Source: Sphagnum compactum
Taxonomy: Eukaryota
DNA: 64,000 nucleotides
Reading direction: 5' to 3'
Assembly: GCA_965153455.1 (NCBI GenBank)
Contig: OZ234493.1
Span: 22,558,213 to 22,622,212 of the forward strand
Shown here one piece after another: positions 1-12,301 of this stretch; positions within the stretch are counted from its first letter, which is position 1; the number at the start of each line of letters is the position of its first letter. A program made the translations under genes and the position numbers. The notes under the pieces were generated by a model. It searched no databases. It was not told where the DNA came from and was given only the letters and a program-made list of their open reading frames with translations.

Positions 1-1270
1 GGTTGCTGTCAATGCTGTAATTGAAAATGGCTGGGAACCTGATCAGAGCTTGAATTGATTCATCAGCAGAGAGACCAATGCTCTGCAGAAATTCAATCTT
101 TGGAATGAGCTTGGTATGGATGCCAAAAGTCAGAAGAGTGGCATTGTTGGAGACAAGCGTGGGCATATTTGTGAAGCCCAGAGATTGCAGATAGAGCATT
201 GTGGGTCGCAGCTGCCCATCCACACTGCTCATCAATAGGCGTGGACATCTATTGATCACTTTCCCTAAGTCCTTCTTCTGAAGCCTAATCTCATCTAGGA
301 GAAAAACTACAGCAGGTTCTACGGTTTTCTTCACACTAAGAGCAAGCAGCTGAGGATTGTGTGTCACCACCCGCACAAGTTGCTTGCGGTGCAATCCACA
401 ATCCTCCAAGAGATACTCAATAACTGACTGCAAATTTTGCATTGAGCAGTTTCCAAAGAGTGGGTACCTTGCTATCACTCTGCTAGCATCAATTCCCATA
501 CCTTCCAAGAACATGATCTTCTCCTCGAGCTTTTGCAACCATTTTGAGTTTCTGTAGGAGGAGAAGCTTGTTGCTACTTCACTCTGCAAGCTTGAGAATC
601 CCTCCAAATAGCCTCGCAGCTTCTGCTTCTCCCTGTTCTCAAAACCTTCTCCTCCTCCTACTCCACGATTTGTTCTGTCAGTGCCACTAGGGTGCCATGA
701 AGGAGGTTCTTGAGTGAGAGGATCAGTGAGCAATAACCTAGCTGCAGCCAATCTCTCCCTCTCAACATGACCCAGAGCCAGTGATTTGCTGCTGCTGCTG
801 CTGCTCCCAACTACTCTCTGGCCATCATCATCAAGAGACGGCTCTTCAAGGAAAGAAAGAGGCGGCAATGGCAAACCTTCTACTCCAACCCTTGCATCCT
901 CCTCCTCCACTCCTCCATCAACATATGGTCTGACGACTTCTTGGCCTGCAGGTGCGTCGTTTCTGCTTCTTGTCAGGTAAGCTTGCTCCACTCGCCACCT
1001 CGTCGTTGAGGTAGTAGTATCTACTGTAATGGGCTCCTTGTCCACAATACTCCAGTGCTTCTGAACCCTCCTTTCCAGTTCAATACTGGCTTTGCTGAGG
1101 ATGCTGCTGCTGCTGCGGCCTTTTCGAACCTGTGCTTGGTTGGAGAGAGAAACGGCAGGAGAAGCCGATGACGATGATGATACGGGCTGGTTCCCTGAGA
1201 GGAGTGTAGTCTCCACCTCACCTTGTCTCACATGCAAGCATAGCTGGAATTGCAAGACCAGGTGCGGCAT
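1..1270 (-). CDS. mTERF-family (mitochondrial transcription termination factor-like) organellar protein; 3' end lies beyond the window edge
   Basis: Open minus-strand frame from ATG 1270 to the window edge, absent from the ORF track because no stop is reached. A long Ser-rich N-terminus precedes mTERF repeats: KLEEKIMFLEGMGID, HNPQLLALSVRKTVEPAVVFL, RCPRLLMSSVDGQLRPTMLYLQSLG, KLIPKIEFLQSIG, RFPAIFNYSIDSN. A probable 5'UTR intron spans 1553-1396 (AAG|GTACAA ... (CTT)n-CTGTACAG). Confidence 0.9.
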   Translation of the reverse strand, partial: MPHLVLQFQLCLHVRQGEVETTLLSGNQPVSSSSSASPAVSLSNQAQVRKGRSSSSILSKASIELERRVQKHWSIVDKEPITVDTTTSTTRWRVEQAYLTRSRNDAPAGQEVVRPYVDGGVEEEDARVGVEGLPLPPLSFLEEPSLDDDGQRVVGSSSSSSKSLALGHVERERLAAARLLLTDPLTQEPPSWHPSGTDRTNRGVGGGEGFENREKQKLRGYLEGFSSLQSEVATSFSSYRNSKWLQKLEEKIMFLEGMGIDASRVIARYPLFGNCSMQNLQSVIEYLLEDCGLHRKQLVRVVTHNPQLLALSVKKTVEPAVVFLLDEIRLQKKDLGKVINRCPRLLMSSVDGQLRPTMLYLQSLGFTNMPTLVSNNATLLTFGIHTKLIPKIEFLQSIGLSADESIQALIRFPAIFNYSIDSN

Positions 1271-1711
1271 CTTGGGGTTTCTACAGCTGCCCACCCAAGC
1301 CTTCACAAATCTCAAATCATTCCCATCGCTTTCTCTTCACTACTGTCAGAGCTGCGACAACAAAGCTCCCTTCTTCCCTCTCCCTTCAGAAGAAGCTGTA
1401 CAGAAGAAGAAGAAGAAGAAGAAGAAGAAGAACACCATCTTCTAAATCATCATCATCATCATCATTATCGGGAAAGGAAATCGCTGCCACCAGACTCTCA
1501 ACTACTCCTCCTCCTCCTCCTCAGCTTCCTCTTTCTGTCTCCCAGAATTGTACCTTATGTGCCCAGATCTCCACCCACTCCCAACTCTCTTGTCTAATTT
1601 TGGAGGATTCTCGAACCACCTCCCCCAGCTTTGTCTGCAATACCTCCTGTGCTACCTGGGCCCCAAGACTCAAGCCGGAGTCACTATTTCCACCACATTC
1701 GCTCCGATGAT

Positions 1712-1712
<1 letters not shown>

Positions 1713-1752
<40 letters not shown>
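1713..1752. repeat. (CT/GA)n microsatellite in the mTERF 5' region
   Basis: About 20 CT units seen directly. Confidence 0.9.
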
Positions 1753-1756
<4 letters not shown>

Positions 1757-1799
1757 ACTGCTTGCTATAGCACCGCCATTGCGGGGCTGGGCAGATTGA

Positions 1800-2379
1800 T
1801 CAATGTGCACCTTCACTGCAGACAAACAAACTACAGTGACAACAACAACACACATGGATAGGGGTGGAGCTGTGCACCCAATGGGCCTTTTCCTTGTTGG
1901 CAGATGATAGCCTGCTTGGTGCCTTCACCGTTCGTTCCTCTCCTGTCCAGCCAAAACCTGGCTTGCGAGCCGAACCAGCGTGTTTTCACTTTTCTTCATC
2001 CAATTTTAATTTGCAGGGTCACATATTGAACACCAGTGGAATTGCTTTTTTAGGCCAGGGTGAACCAGCAGCACCACCCACGTTGGGTATTGGCCTATTA
2101 GATTGTATGTAACCTTATTATTGAGCCCAAATCTTGCTAAGATTTGAACTCAGAGACCCCTGGTTGGTGCCGCCCTGGTTAGTGTAATATTGAGAAATAA
2201 TTTCAATTGGATTTTTGGATCCATACACACAATTTTACCACAAGATTGTTGAAGCTTTTCTTCCTGCCTTTGGGTCTGCGACGAAAGGTGGGTGGTGGTG
2301 GTGGTTGTAGATGTGTCTTGCAACAGTTTGGCGATTGTGGTGGATTCAAGCGGAAGAAGAGCAAGCGTCGTAGCCTCAA
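1800..2379. promoter_or_regulatory. Shared (bidirectional) promoter region between mTERF and SEP-like genes
   Basis: Head-to-head ATGs are 1.1 kb apart. Site II-like motifs TGGGCC (~1882) and AGCCCA (~2124) are present. Confidence 0.45.
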
Positions 2380-3099
2380 ATGGCGGCGCATAGTCCTTCT
2401 TTTCTCCTTCTCTCTTCATCATCTTCTGTTTCTGTTTCTGTTTCTACTTCTTGTTCTTCTTCTTCTACTTCTCCTTCTCGTCTGCGGGGAATTAGTGCCT
2501 CATCAAGCTCATCAGAGTGTCTTGGGAGTTTTGTGGTGGGTGGTTCTTCATCTTGTTTCCGGAACAGCAGAAGAAGAAGAACAAGAGGGCATAGTACAAA
2601 TATAGGAGTGATCAGGATAAGGTGTGCAGCAGAAGAAGAGGAAGGTGCACGAAGGGATAGTAAGCAGAAGGAGGAGGATGATGAGGCTGCGTTTGAAGAA
2701 AGGTTGGCCAAGCTTCAGAGGAAAGCTACAAGTGGTACAGGCAAGAAAGCAGAGCTGAGAAAGGCAAGAAAGGCTGAGGGAACATCATCATCATCAGGAA
2801 ATCCTTCATCAAGAGGGAAGAGCAAAAGCATCATGCTGCCACCTGTGGCATTGCAAGAGCCAATGTCAGATGGATTGGAAGTGGCACTGGGCTTCAACTC
2901 ATATACCGAGAGGCTGAATGGCAGGTTTGCAGGCCTAGGATTAGCAGCCATGTTGCTGGTGGAACTGGCCACAGGGGGAAGCTTTCTCAAGTACCATGAC
3001 ATCTCCACTCTCAGCACCCAGCTGTATGCTATGCTTGCAGCAGCAGCTCTGTTTGTCAAGTATGAGAAGGAGAAGGTAAGTGTGTGGCCAAAGAATTAA
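2380..3099 (+). CDS. Chloroplast two-helix LHC-like stress-enhanced protein (SEP4-like)
   Basis: Single-exon 239-aa ORF with a Ser-rich transit peptide and the chlorophyll-binding LHC motif ERLNGRFAGLGLAAMLLVELATG. A second hydrophobic helix precedes the ending YEKEKVSVWPKN. The SGTGKKAELRK block resembles the SEP4 group (from memory). Confidence 0.85.
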   Translation: MAAHSPSFLLLSSSSSVSVSVSTSCSSSSTSPSRLRGISASSSSSECLGSFVVGGSSSCFRNSRRRRTRGHSTNIGVIRIRCAAEEEEGARRDSKQKEEDDEAAFEERLAKLQRKATSGTGKKAELRKARKAEGTSSSSGNPSSRGKSKSIMLPPVALQEPMSDGLEVALGFNSYTERLNGRFAGLGLAAMLLVELATGGSFLKYHDISTLSTQLYAMLAAAALFVKYEKEKVSVWPKN

Positions 3100-5419
3100 T
3101 TGATTTCAATCCTTGCTTTCCTCCTCATCTAGATTTCCACTGGCAGCTCAGAGTCTTCACCACAGTTGGGTAGTAGTTTTGGAGTCTTCTTCCTCAAAAC
3201 TCGTGTGTGTATTTTTCCTTCTCTGAAGCCATGCCTGCCTCTTGTTGGTGGAGATCAGGACTTGCAGAGATCGAACTGTGTGCTCACCTTCAATGTGTTG
3301 TATTTTTTTCCCCCCACCCAAAACAAAAGTTTTGAACAACTTTTCTGATTGCTGTGAAACCCTTTGGTTCTGTGTTTTGGATTTGTGTGGGGTCTTTCAA
3401 CCTAGTCCAAATTTCCTATCAACATGTGTTTGCAACCAACTTTTGCAAACTTCACACACATGAAGTCTCTGCTTTCTTTTGAGGAACTGCAAAGCCAGGT
3501 TCCAGTTTTACAGTGTAAAATCATCAATCAATTTTCACTGTGTTATTGTAAACTCCCTGTTTCATGCATGTGTATCCTCTAATGTTAAGGACTGCCATGG
3601 TCTAGGGTTCAGTGAGGTTTTGTGTTTTTTGTGAAACAAACAAACTCTGACTGCGGTTGTCACCTAACTGTTGAAACAGAGAAACCACAAATGCATGGAG
3701 GAAATCCCTGCTAGACTGTTCATAGTTGCTCACCTCATAACTTGTGTAATTAGGTTTCATAAGCTTCCTGACAAAACTATCATTGGTCATGGACTGACAA
3801 ATTAGGTTTATGTTTATGATCTTTTCTCGGAGGAGGAGGAGCCTTTTTGGATCATAGCTGAATTAGCATGATGTTCAAAATATTGATTATACTCAAGTGC
3901 AGCTTTGTGACACAAACTAGCTTGCAAAACTTGATACGATGAACTTCCCCAAAGGAATTGTACTAGTGTTATTGCTTCATTTGTCAGTAACCAGACATTA
4001 CAATGAGCACTCAGGTGTAAGAACACTTCCCCCTTCTACACCTTGTGATCTACATGTTTGCTTCGGTCTATGATAATGTTTGCCTTGTGCTTTATGATGG
4101 GTAACGCCCACAAGTGGGGGACACATTCCCAAATGCAGGGCTGGACTTGGTGTCTGCCTTGTCTTAGGCCCTTTATTTTAGCAATGCTATGACCTTGGGC
4201 CATTACCCCACAATTTCATCACTTCACACCATCTTCTGATACCACCTCTAGCATACACTTCACACTCCCATACTCACAAACTGAATACCAATATTACAAT
4301 TTCAATTTTCTTTCACTTTCTTAGACACCATGACTCTCAATAGTCGTTTCAATGGACTACCTCTTTTGAAGTTTTTGTTTTTGGACCATTCATCTCCATT
4401 GTCATGGGTGCATGATTATTGCTGCAATGGAAGCATTCAACATTAATCAAACAAATAATTGCATCTTATTTTGCACGAAATGAAATATGTATGAATTCTC
4501 TTTGGAATTATTTTTAGAATTGTCTAGGGACAACCATACAAAGTATTATGCAAATTCAATTGTCCAACGAAAACCATGTGAAGGATTATGTAAAATCTAC
4601 CATATAAGCATTCTTCAAAATTTCTCATCATTGAAATTATATAAACTACCTATCTGACAAGTGGCATGATCAACGTTTGAAACAAAAAAGACACATGTCA
4701 AAATTTACACCTTGTGCCAAAAACACAAATGTGTCACCAATTATATTTAACACATTTTGTTATAAGCAATATGATGTTAATATTTATGTAAAACCAACAT
4801 GGCAAGGTATTCCCTATCTAGGTGGAATTTGCATACATTTTTATAAAAAACATATGTCTCACATTGGTTTTGAAGTTGTTTGAAATCTACTTTAAATGTT
4901 AACAACAAATAGAACATTTTTGTCATTTTTACATAACATTTAACATTTTCATGTTAAAAATTGGTTTTTCTTAGATCTTGATTTGGCATGGGTTTTTTTG
5001 TTGAATCAATTGACTACAATGGTTTTTTTTAACTATTGGTCCAATGTGAAATTAATCACATAAAACAATGAAATGACACCTTTAATTAAAAGTGACAAAA
5101 CATGTAGACCTTTAATCAAATGGAACACATGTTTGTTTTGATCGTCGAAAAGTTCCAATCAAATGGAACATATCCTTGTTTTAATGATCTTGAAAAGAAA
5201 TGGATATTTCCATGGTTTACAACGGTGACATGAGACAATTCAAATATTCTAAACTTGGGATAGAAACATTATGATAATGTTTTACATTGAGCAAGTATAT
5301 TACGTTGTGAAGAAATTGAAATAGGTTGAATGGATATAAGCTTTTTCATTTATTACATGAATTAATTATTTAACTTGAATGAAAGGCTTGTAAATTATAG
5401 TATGGATGCAATCTATTAA

Positions 5420-5760
5420 AACGTTAGTTTGAGTTTGTTAATAAATCTTATATGTTAAGGTTTGAATTTTCTAGTTTAAGTTATGGTTGCTTGCCTTGGT
5501 TTAACCTTGGTTAGAATAAATTTAACATAAGTTTAACTTTGATTAATTCAAGTTTAACATAGGTTAACATAGGTTTAGCTTAGGTTAACTAAGGATTAAT
5601 TTAGTTTTAGTCTTGTTTAATTTAATTTTAACATTGGTTGGCATAGGTTTAATTTTAATTTAACTTAAGTCAACCTATGCGTGTCTACATTAACTTAGAT
5701 GAACCTAGGTTTGCTAGGTTAAGGTGGGCTAGGTATAGCTTAAGTAGGGTTCATAAGGTT
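5420..5760. repeat. Degenerate AGGTT(T/A)A-type short-period repeat array
   Basis: Many imperfect TAGGTTAA/AGTTTAA units. A similar array occurs on the opposite strand at 52580-52920. Confidence 0.5.
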
Positions 5761-5811
5761 TTTTCTAAATTATTAATTTAATTTTGTGATGGGTAATTTG
5801 GTTCAATAAAA

Positions 5812-6030
5812 AAGTTGTGGTTCAATGGTTGAGAATTTGAACCCTCAAAATGAAGGTGATGGGTTCAAATCCTTACATTTACAACCCTTGAATAAATGAC
5901 ATAGGTTGTTACTTAGGTATTTTGCTTAAATGGCCTACCTAGTCTCCTAACCTAGGTTTGTTTTTAACCCATATCATGTAAATTAAAGCGCCTAGGCCTA
6001 AGCTTCCTAGATTAGGCCTTAATTATCACA
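5812..6030 (+). mobile_element. tRNA-derived SINE-like element (Pol III head)
   Basis: Box A-like TGGTTCAATGG (5818-5828) and box B-like GGTTCAAATCC (5862-5872) at tRNA-like spacing. No intact cloverleaf. The 3' boundary is approximate. Confidence 0.5.
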
Positions 6031-7577
6031 CAATGGGTCAAAAAAATTGTGCATGCATGAATTGACCAAGAAACCAAGATCAATGAAGTCATGGTTGATA
6101 TAACCAAGTTTGGTCAAAAATCCCACTTGTTTTGTACAATAATGACCAAAATACCATATTCCTACAAATTATGAGCTAATCATATGTCAACACATGATAG
6201 TTATAATGGCCTATGGTTGTGACAAATGGGGAATGGACATGAATTAAAATATGGCAAAATGAATTGACTACCAAATTGGCTAGATGGCCCAATTAATTAA
6301 AATAATTGCTAGTCAAAAAACCCATTAGTCAAAAAAATTGTTGGTCAATTTGGACACATTAGCAACTTGATTAATAATCAACCTAGATGTGTTCAAATCA
6401 ACTTGTCCAAAACAACCAACTAGTCAAGTTAGCAAATGTGCGAGATGGGACTTTTTTTACTAAAAGACTTGGTTTAAAAAACCATGATTTCTTGTGGTGA
6501 CAATTGATGTAACCCTAACAACCACCAATTCATGGAAGAAATGAAAATATAAAACAAGAAGACCTAAATTCAAGTTGAACTAATATAAATTAGATGTTGT
6601 AAGACTTGTTATTAACAATGTAATGCCTAATTCAACTATCAACAATAGTAGAAATGCGAGGTGCATTTGGAAAGGGGGAAATTAAAATATAGTTAAATAT
6701 TGAACCCATTATTATCAAGGATTAAAAATGTTTGCATCTCCTGAAACATAATGGAAATTCATTGGTGAAGGAAAGTGACGAAGATGGAAAATGAAATACA
6801 TCTGAAGACCTTGAACATTTGATGTTTAAAGAATTACGTAGTTACAATAACTTTTATCATTTATTTACCCACAATCGAGAAACATTTTTTTATATTAACA
6901 CAAGAAAATATTGAAAAAAAATCATATAATAAAAAGATCTTCAACATACTTTTACATTACAAATTTAATATGTTATGACTATTATATGCACAATTTGAAA
7001 ATACATAAACATTTTCTAAGCCTTCATTAACTTGAAAATAATAAAAAAATATTTCATCTACTTGCAACTTATCATTTTGTAACATTGAAAATCTTGTGCA
7101 AGTAAATGCATTTTAAAAAAAATCTACGTAAATCTACTTGAAAATGTGCTTCTTCAATATTATATAGTAAAATGAAAAATCATCTCATATCGATCATTGA
7201 ATAAAATATTTTCTTACTTTCAATACATCAAAGTTTTTTTATCGTTATTTATAATGTTTTGTGACAAATATCATATATTGTGTACATTACCATGCTTTCA
7301 CCCTATCATTGAAATATGTTGAACCAACCATGAAAATGTTGGTTGACGTGTGAACACAATTTTTGGAAAAGGTGATGTTCATTCATTTTTGTCACATGAG
7401 CATCACCTTTAACAATGCATAGAAAAGTGGATTAAAAGTTTTTTTTTCAATTTTTTGATGTAGTGTAATCAAATGGTGATCATCGATTCTAATAAAGAAT
7501 TTAACCAAATTTGGTTATAAATAAAAAATGAAAATTTTAAAAATAATCTTTTTATATATTTTTTATTTAGTGGAACT

Positions 7578-7867
7578 CATCATCACAAACTTTGTAGGCC
7601 ACAATTTGGTAATAATAATCATATGAATTTATTTTTTCCCATAAGTTCATATTGTGTAAACATGAATCTCATGCATTGAAAACATGTATGAAACACATAT
7701 AAGTAGGATGAAAGATTTTCATATGGATGAAAATCTTTCATCCTACTTATATGTGTTTCATACATGTTTTAAGTGCACAACATCGATGTTTAAACAATGC
7801 AAACCAGTGAATAAATAATTTCTACACGACTATTATCACAAAATCGCAACCCAAGAAATTAATGATG
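7578..7867. repeat. Fold-back/MITE-like inverted repeat with a perfect 44-bp-arm core
   Basis: 7679-7722 is the exact reverse complement of 7727-7770 with a 4-nt loop. Degenerate pairing extends about 100 bp further on each side. Confidence 0.85.
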
Positions 7868-9979
7868 GTTGTAGAAATTTGACAAGTGTTTTTAATTCTT
7901 AGGATTAACGAATTAGGGCCATTTTGTTACAAAAATATTGGGCATGTGTTGAAATCATCTTTTTTAGGTTAAAAAAGAGAGATCATTTGCTAAAACAATC
8001 ATTATTTAAAACTTTTTTTTTGTTTACAAATATGGCAACCTTACATTAATTTTTAAAAAAAATTTAGGATATCTATATGTTTTCTTAGTTTAATTTCAAA
8101 TCAATATTTTTTTGGGAGAAATATTGCGAATTTTTCAACATCAAAACAAGGAAAAAAATCCATGGTTGGAACTTGAAAGGAAAAGAAGAAGGAAATCATT
8201 TTCTAAAAAATGAGATTTCTTCCTATCCATAAATACCATCCTTAAGGAAAATATCAACATTATCATCCAATATCAAATTAGGTCATGAGTTATGAGTCAT
8301 AATTGATGGTAAAGAATGTTTCACTAGCATGGTGACACACCATTGAAATTAATTATATCATGTGTCACTACTTGATTGTACATTCTTGGTCACTAGTTGA
8401 TTAAACCTCATAATTCACACCCTTCTATGTCCCTTAACCTATAAACTCAATGTTCATATTGTGTTGGTTATGTCTAGTAACTAACCATAATACACTAATT
8501 ATCATATATAATTTAGACAATTTGTGAATAATCACATGCCTCAATTATTCATGGTAAGTTGCACATTTTCATTAATTATCTAGTTAGGTAGAAAAGAAGT
8601 AGACAATACTTTGTATTGTCTCCAATAAGGATCCATTGTTGATTTAAAATCCTCCTTTTCTCCCAACTCACCTAGTTATTTGTAGCACTTGAAAATTGAC
8701 AAATTAAATTCTCAACTTTAGTATGTTCAAAGGGAGTGTTTCATTAACATATGAGTTAATTTTACTCCATGTTCTATGGAACTCTAATAAGAACATGTTC
8801 TTTTTTACCAATGTTGGGAGGCTATTTTTTTGTTACTTATATAACTTGGGGTAGAACCCAATAAAGGTATATTAACATACCTTACCTTTGGCATTGAAAC
8901 ATGCCCTTACCCTACTTTAAGCCATGATTAAAAAGAAAAGTATATCCTTTTGCGGTCTTGCCTTAATGTTTAGAATTGGTATGGCACCTTACATGAGATT
9001 AAATATGTGAAATTTGAAGGATAAAGGAAAAGTTTGTGTAATAATATTTATCATTAAATGTTATAAATGAAATAAAAGTGGTTGAATTTTTTGGATTTTG
9101 GTGCAAGTGTTCAAAAGTGATAAAGGGTGCAATAAAGTTCAAAGTAATAATATTCCACCATAACACACTGAGCACCCTAGCAATGACAATGCAAACTAAT
9201 GATGTCAAGGATGAAAATGTCAATAGACTCGTGAGTCCACTATATTAACAGTTGTATCACACCAAAAAAACCACCTTCATTAGTCAAATTTCTCTAGCTC
9301 TACAATGACATAAAATAATGTGATTGCCAAAAACCTTATTATTGTGGAAGATCTTGTTTATGTGTTTACTTATAAAATATTTTTTTGTTGGTTATGTTTA
9401 TTGCTTGTGCACATTCATTGATGGTTTCACACCTTTGTAAGTTTGTGTTTGGAATTTGTTTGAATTTTTCATCATTAATATTGTTCTTAATGTAAAAATG
9501 AATTCAAGAATGAGGGAAATTCAAGTGCAATAAGGAACCTTTCTTTACAAACTTACAATGTTCCCACATGGAGAGATAAGCCAATTAGAACACGTGTCCT
9601 CCTTTTTGTCCACCATGTTGAACATCATATTAATTTATTTTTTAGCTCACAACATAGTGAATTGAAACAAAGAAAACAATATATTTTTGAATTTAGCTCA
9701 ATTGAAAGTCTTGTAACCCCAAAAAAAAGGGTCACATAAAACAACAAGAGATGAATATAATTGAAACTCACCAACATGACTAGGAATTAAACTTTTTTAA
9801 AGCAGAAATCTATGGAACAAGTCCAAGTTCTATGTTTAAATGAAAATTCAACAAGAATTGAGAAAATTACTATTGAAACAACATTAGTTACATAGTTGGG
9901 TTCATCTAGTTGAAGAACTCGATAATGACCATCCTTTAAATAAGTTATAACTAGTCTGAACCCCGTGCCTAATGCACAA

Positions 9980-10402
9980 GATTAGCTTACGGGGAAGCTC
10001 CTGGGAGCCAAGACATCGGTGGGGTTTCTACCTCTGTTCGCGCGTGTTGCATCAGCCGAACAGGCGGCGGCTCTGGCTGCTACATTAGAGAGATGGTTGG
10101 ACTGCGTCAAGAATGGCATCCCTAGGTACGACCCAGAGGCTGCAAACTTTGAACCCCTGCGTTACTGACGTCGACCCGTGTGGGCGATCATCAACTGGAT
10201 GATCACTGATGGCTTGCGTGCTTATGGGTATGAGGATCTTACGTGCCGTGTTGAGGCTGACACTTACAAACTCCTGGTCTCGCATGGGATCAGTGAGTAT
10301 TATAACCCTGTCACTGGTGCGGCTGCTGGTGGCAAGCTCTTCTCGTGGACTCCTACCATGTGCTTGGCCTGGCTCAACAAAGCTGCTACACCAGCTTGCT
10401 AG
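9980..10402 (+). pseudogene. C-terminal fragment of a GH63 mannosylglycerate/glucosylglycerate hydrolase-like gene, captured in the Helitron
   Basis: Translation: D*LTGKLLGAKTSVGFLPLFA...RWLDCVKNGIPRYDPEAANFEPLRY*RRPVWAIINWMITDGLRAYGY...GISEYYNPVTGAAAGGKLFSWT. This matches the GH63 motifs YWRGPVW, EYYxPxTG and FSWT. It has two in-frame stops and no 5' part. Confidence 0.8.
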
Positions 10403-11632
10403 AACGTTGGTTATCGCACCAGCAACAAGCAGCCCACAAAACACAAAACAGCCTAGGTTCATGGAAGATGATTATGATCAGCTTCCATGTGATCAGCAAA
10501 ACACGAATCCCATAAACCTCACAATCCTTTAAGAGATCTGCAAGCTTCACTTCACCCATGAACTCCTCACCATTTCTATCAAACTTGCAGATATAGAGAA
10601 TTTGCAAAACTCTCTTTCTGCAAACCTTTCTACAAAACTTAATCTGAAACCCAAGTAGTCTATCTACATAATGGTAGATTCAAGCCCTCTCTCTTCCTTC
10701 AAGATGAAAAGGAAGGTGGCATTTAACCTAGGACAATGATGAAGCTGCCCAAGCTTTCATGAGATGGGTTTGGTGGCTTCTTCTTCCTTTGTTTTTTTAG
10801 TTTTATAGGGACATGGATGAACCCCGTGCCTAATGCACAGGTGTGTGTGTGTGTCAGCAACAATTCAAGCTTGCTCTTCTTCTGCTTCCGTTGGTTATAT
10901 AACACTTTCCGGTAGTCGAAGCTGGTGGGAACAGAAATACTACTCATCAGGCTCATCGACGATATCTTTCCTTCATACCCATATATCATGCTGATCAAGC
11001 CGCTGCACCTGCTCCTCGTGTTTGCCTTCGCTCCGCCTCGGAAGCTGACCATATGCATCAAGAAGCTGTAAAGCTTTAAAGGTTCGACAACTTTAAAAAC
11101 CTCAAACAACAGTTTGTTGCCTGCCCTCTCTCTCTCTAATTTCTCGGTTTCCCACTACCCAACAATCCAAAGTCCTGCAGGGTAACAACAACAATCAAGC
11201 TACAGCTTCCTGCAATATGTGCAAAAGAAATGTTGCAACAAAGGATGATGATCACGTCTACACAACTCCACGAAGAAAAAAACAAAATGTTTCTTCTTCT
11301 AACAACAGAACCCAATGAAGAAAATCAAAGTGTGTGTAGCAAAAGCTTGCGTCTTTGTTTTGAATTTCTTCTATTGCTTATCGTTTAAGAAGCAGACTCC
11401 TTAAATTGGGACATGGATGGAGGGCCATTCCTGGTTTATTTCCTTCCCATTCTTGGTGGGCAGAAAGCTGCAGTGTCAGACTTAGTAGAGGGATGGTGTG
11501 CAACCGGCAATCTCGGAGCTTCCAAGGTGTCGATTCGCATGGACGACCGGACGGATGGACAGAGGGACAACGGGACGAATGGACGACGGGACAGATTCAG
11601 GGAAAGCTTCATTTAACATCCCGACATCCATT

Positions 11633-12055
11633 ACCAGGAAATTGACGACGACGCAGAACAAATGGCCAATTAGTCCCGGAGGGGGACATGATGATGTGGG
11701 GTATGAACACACGTTTGCTGACATTGTTCCCTGTGATGATCTCCGCTTCAATGACACGTTGACCCAATCTCTTGACAATCAACCTTGTACCATTGCACAA
11801 TCCTATTGATTGATTGAGATTGCGCAACAAAAGGATTGGCACGCCCACTTTGAGTTCCAGCTTATGATTTGCAATACCGCTGAATTTCAAAGTGTTTAGA
11901 AATTCCACCGGATACAATGAATCCATTGAAACTCCTGCAACAGCACTTGCACCTTCTTCTGTTGGAATCAAAGAATTTGCACTCAGGTACATGTGTGCAA
12001 TTCTTTAGATAGCGATTTTAAAATTGCATTGTTGACTTCATTGACGTCAGTATTT
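11633..12055 (-). pseudogene. Helitron PIF1-like helicase fragment
   Basis: YPVEFLNTLKFSGIANHKLELKVGVPILLLRNLNQSIGLCNGTRLIVK...RVFIPHIIMSPS...PFVLRRRQFP is the typical RepHel helicase C-terminal block. Confidence 0.9.
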
Positions 12056-12301
12056 TTGGTGGGTAGAAAGCTGCAATGTCAGACTCAGTAGAGGGATGGT
12101 GTGAAGCAGGCAACCTCGAAGCTTCCAGGGTGTCGATTCGCTAGTCTGAACCCCGTGCCTAATGCATAGGTGTGTGTGCATTTGACAGTACATATTACAA
12201 AATTACAATCTCAGTAGAGGGATGGTGTGCAGCAGGCAACCTCGGAGCTTCCAGGGTGTCGATTCACTAGTCTAAACCTCGTGCCTAATGCACAGGTGTG
12301 T

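Noticed and set aside
3602..4026. Short minus-strand ORFs downstream of the SEP-like gene
   Set aside because: No motif or consistent exon structure is recognisable.
5812..5885. Functional tRNA gene
   Set aside because: The boxes are present but no proper acceptor or anticodon stems could be formed, so it is treated as SINE-like.
9980..10402. Bacterial contamination or a fresh HGT insertion
   Set aside because: It is embedded between Helitron termini in plant repeat DNA and has decayed. Capture from a host GH63 gene is the simpler explanation, though unproven without a search.
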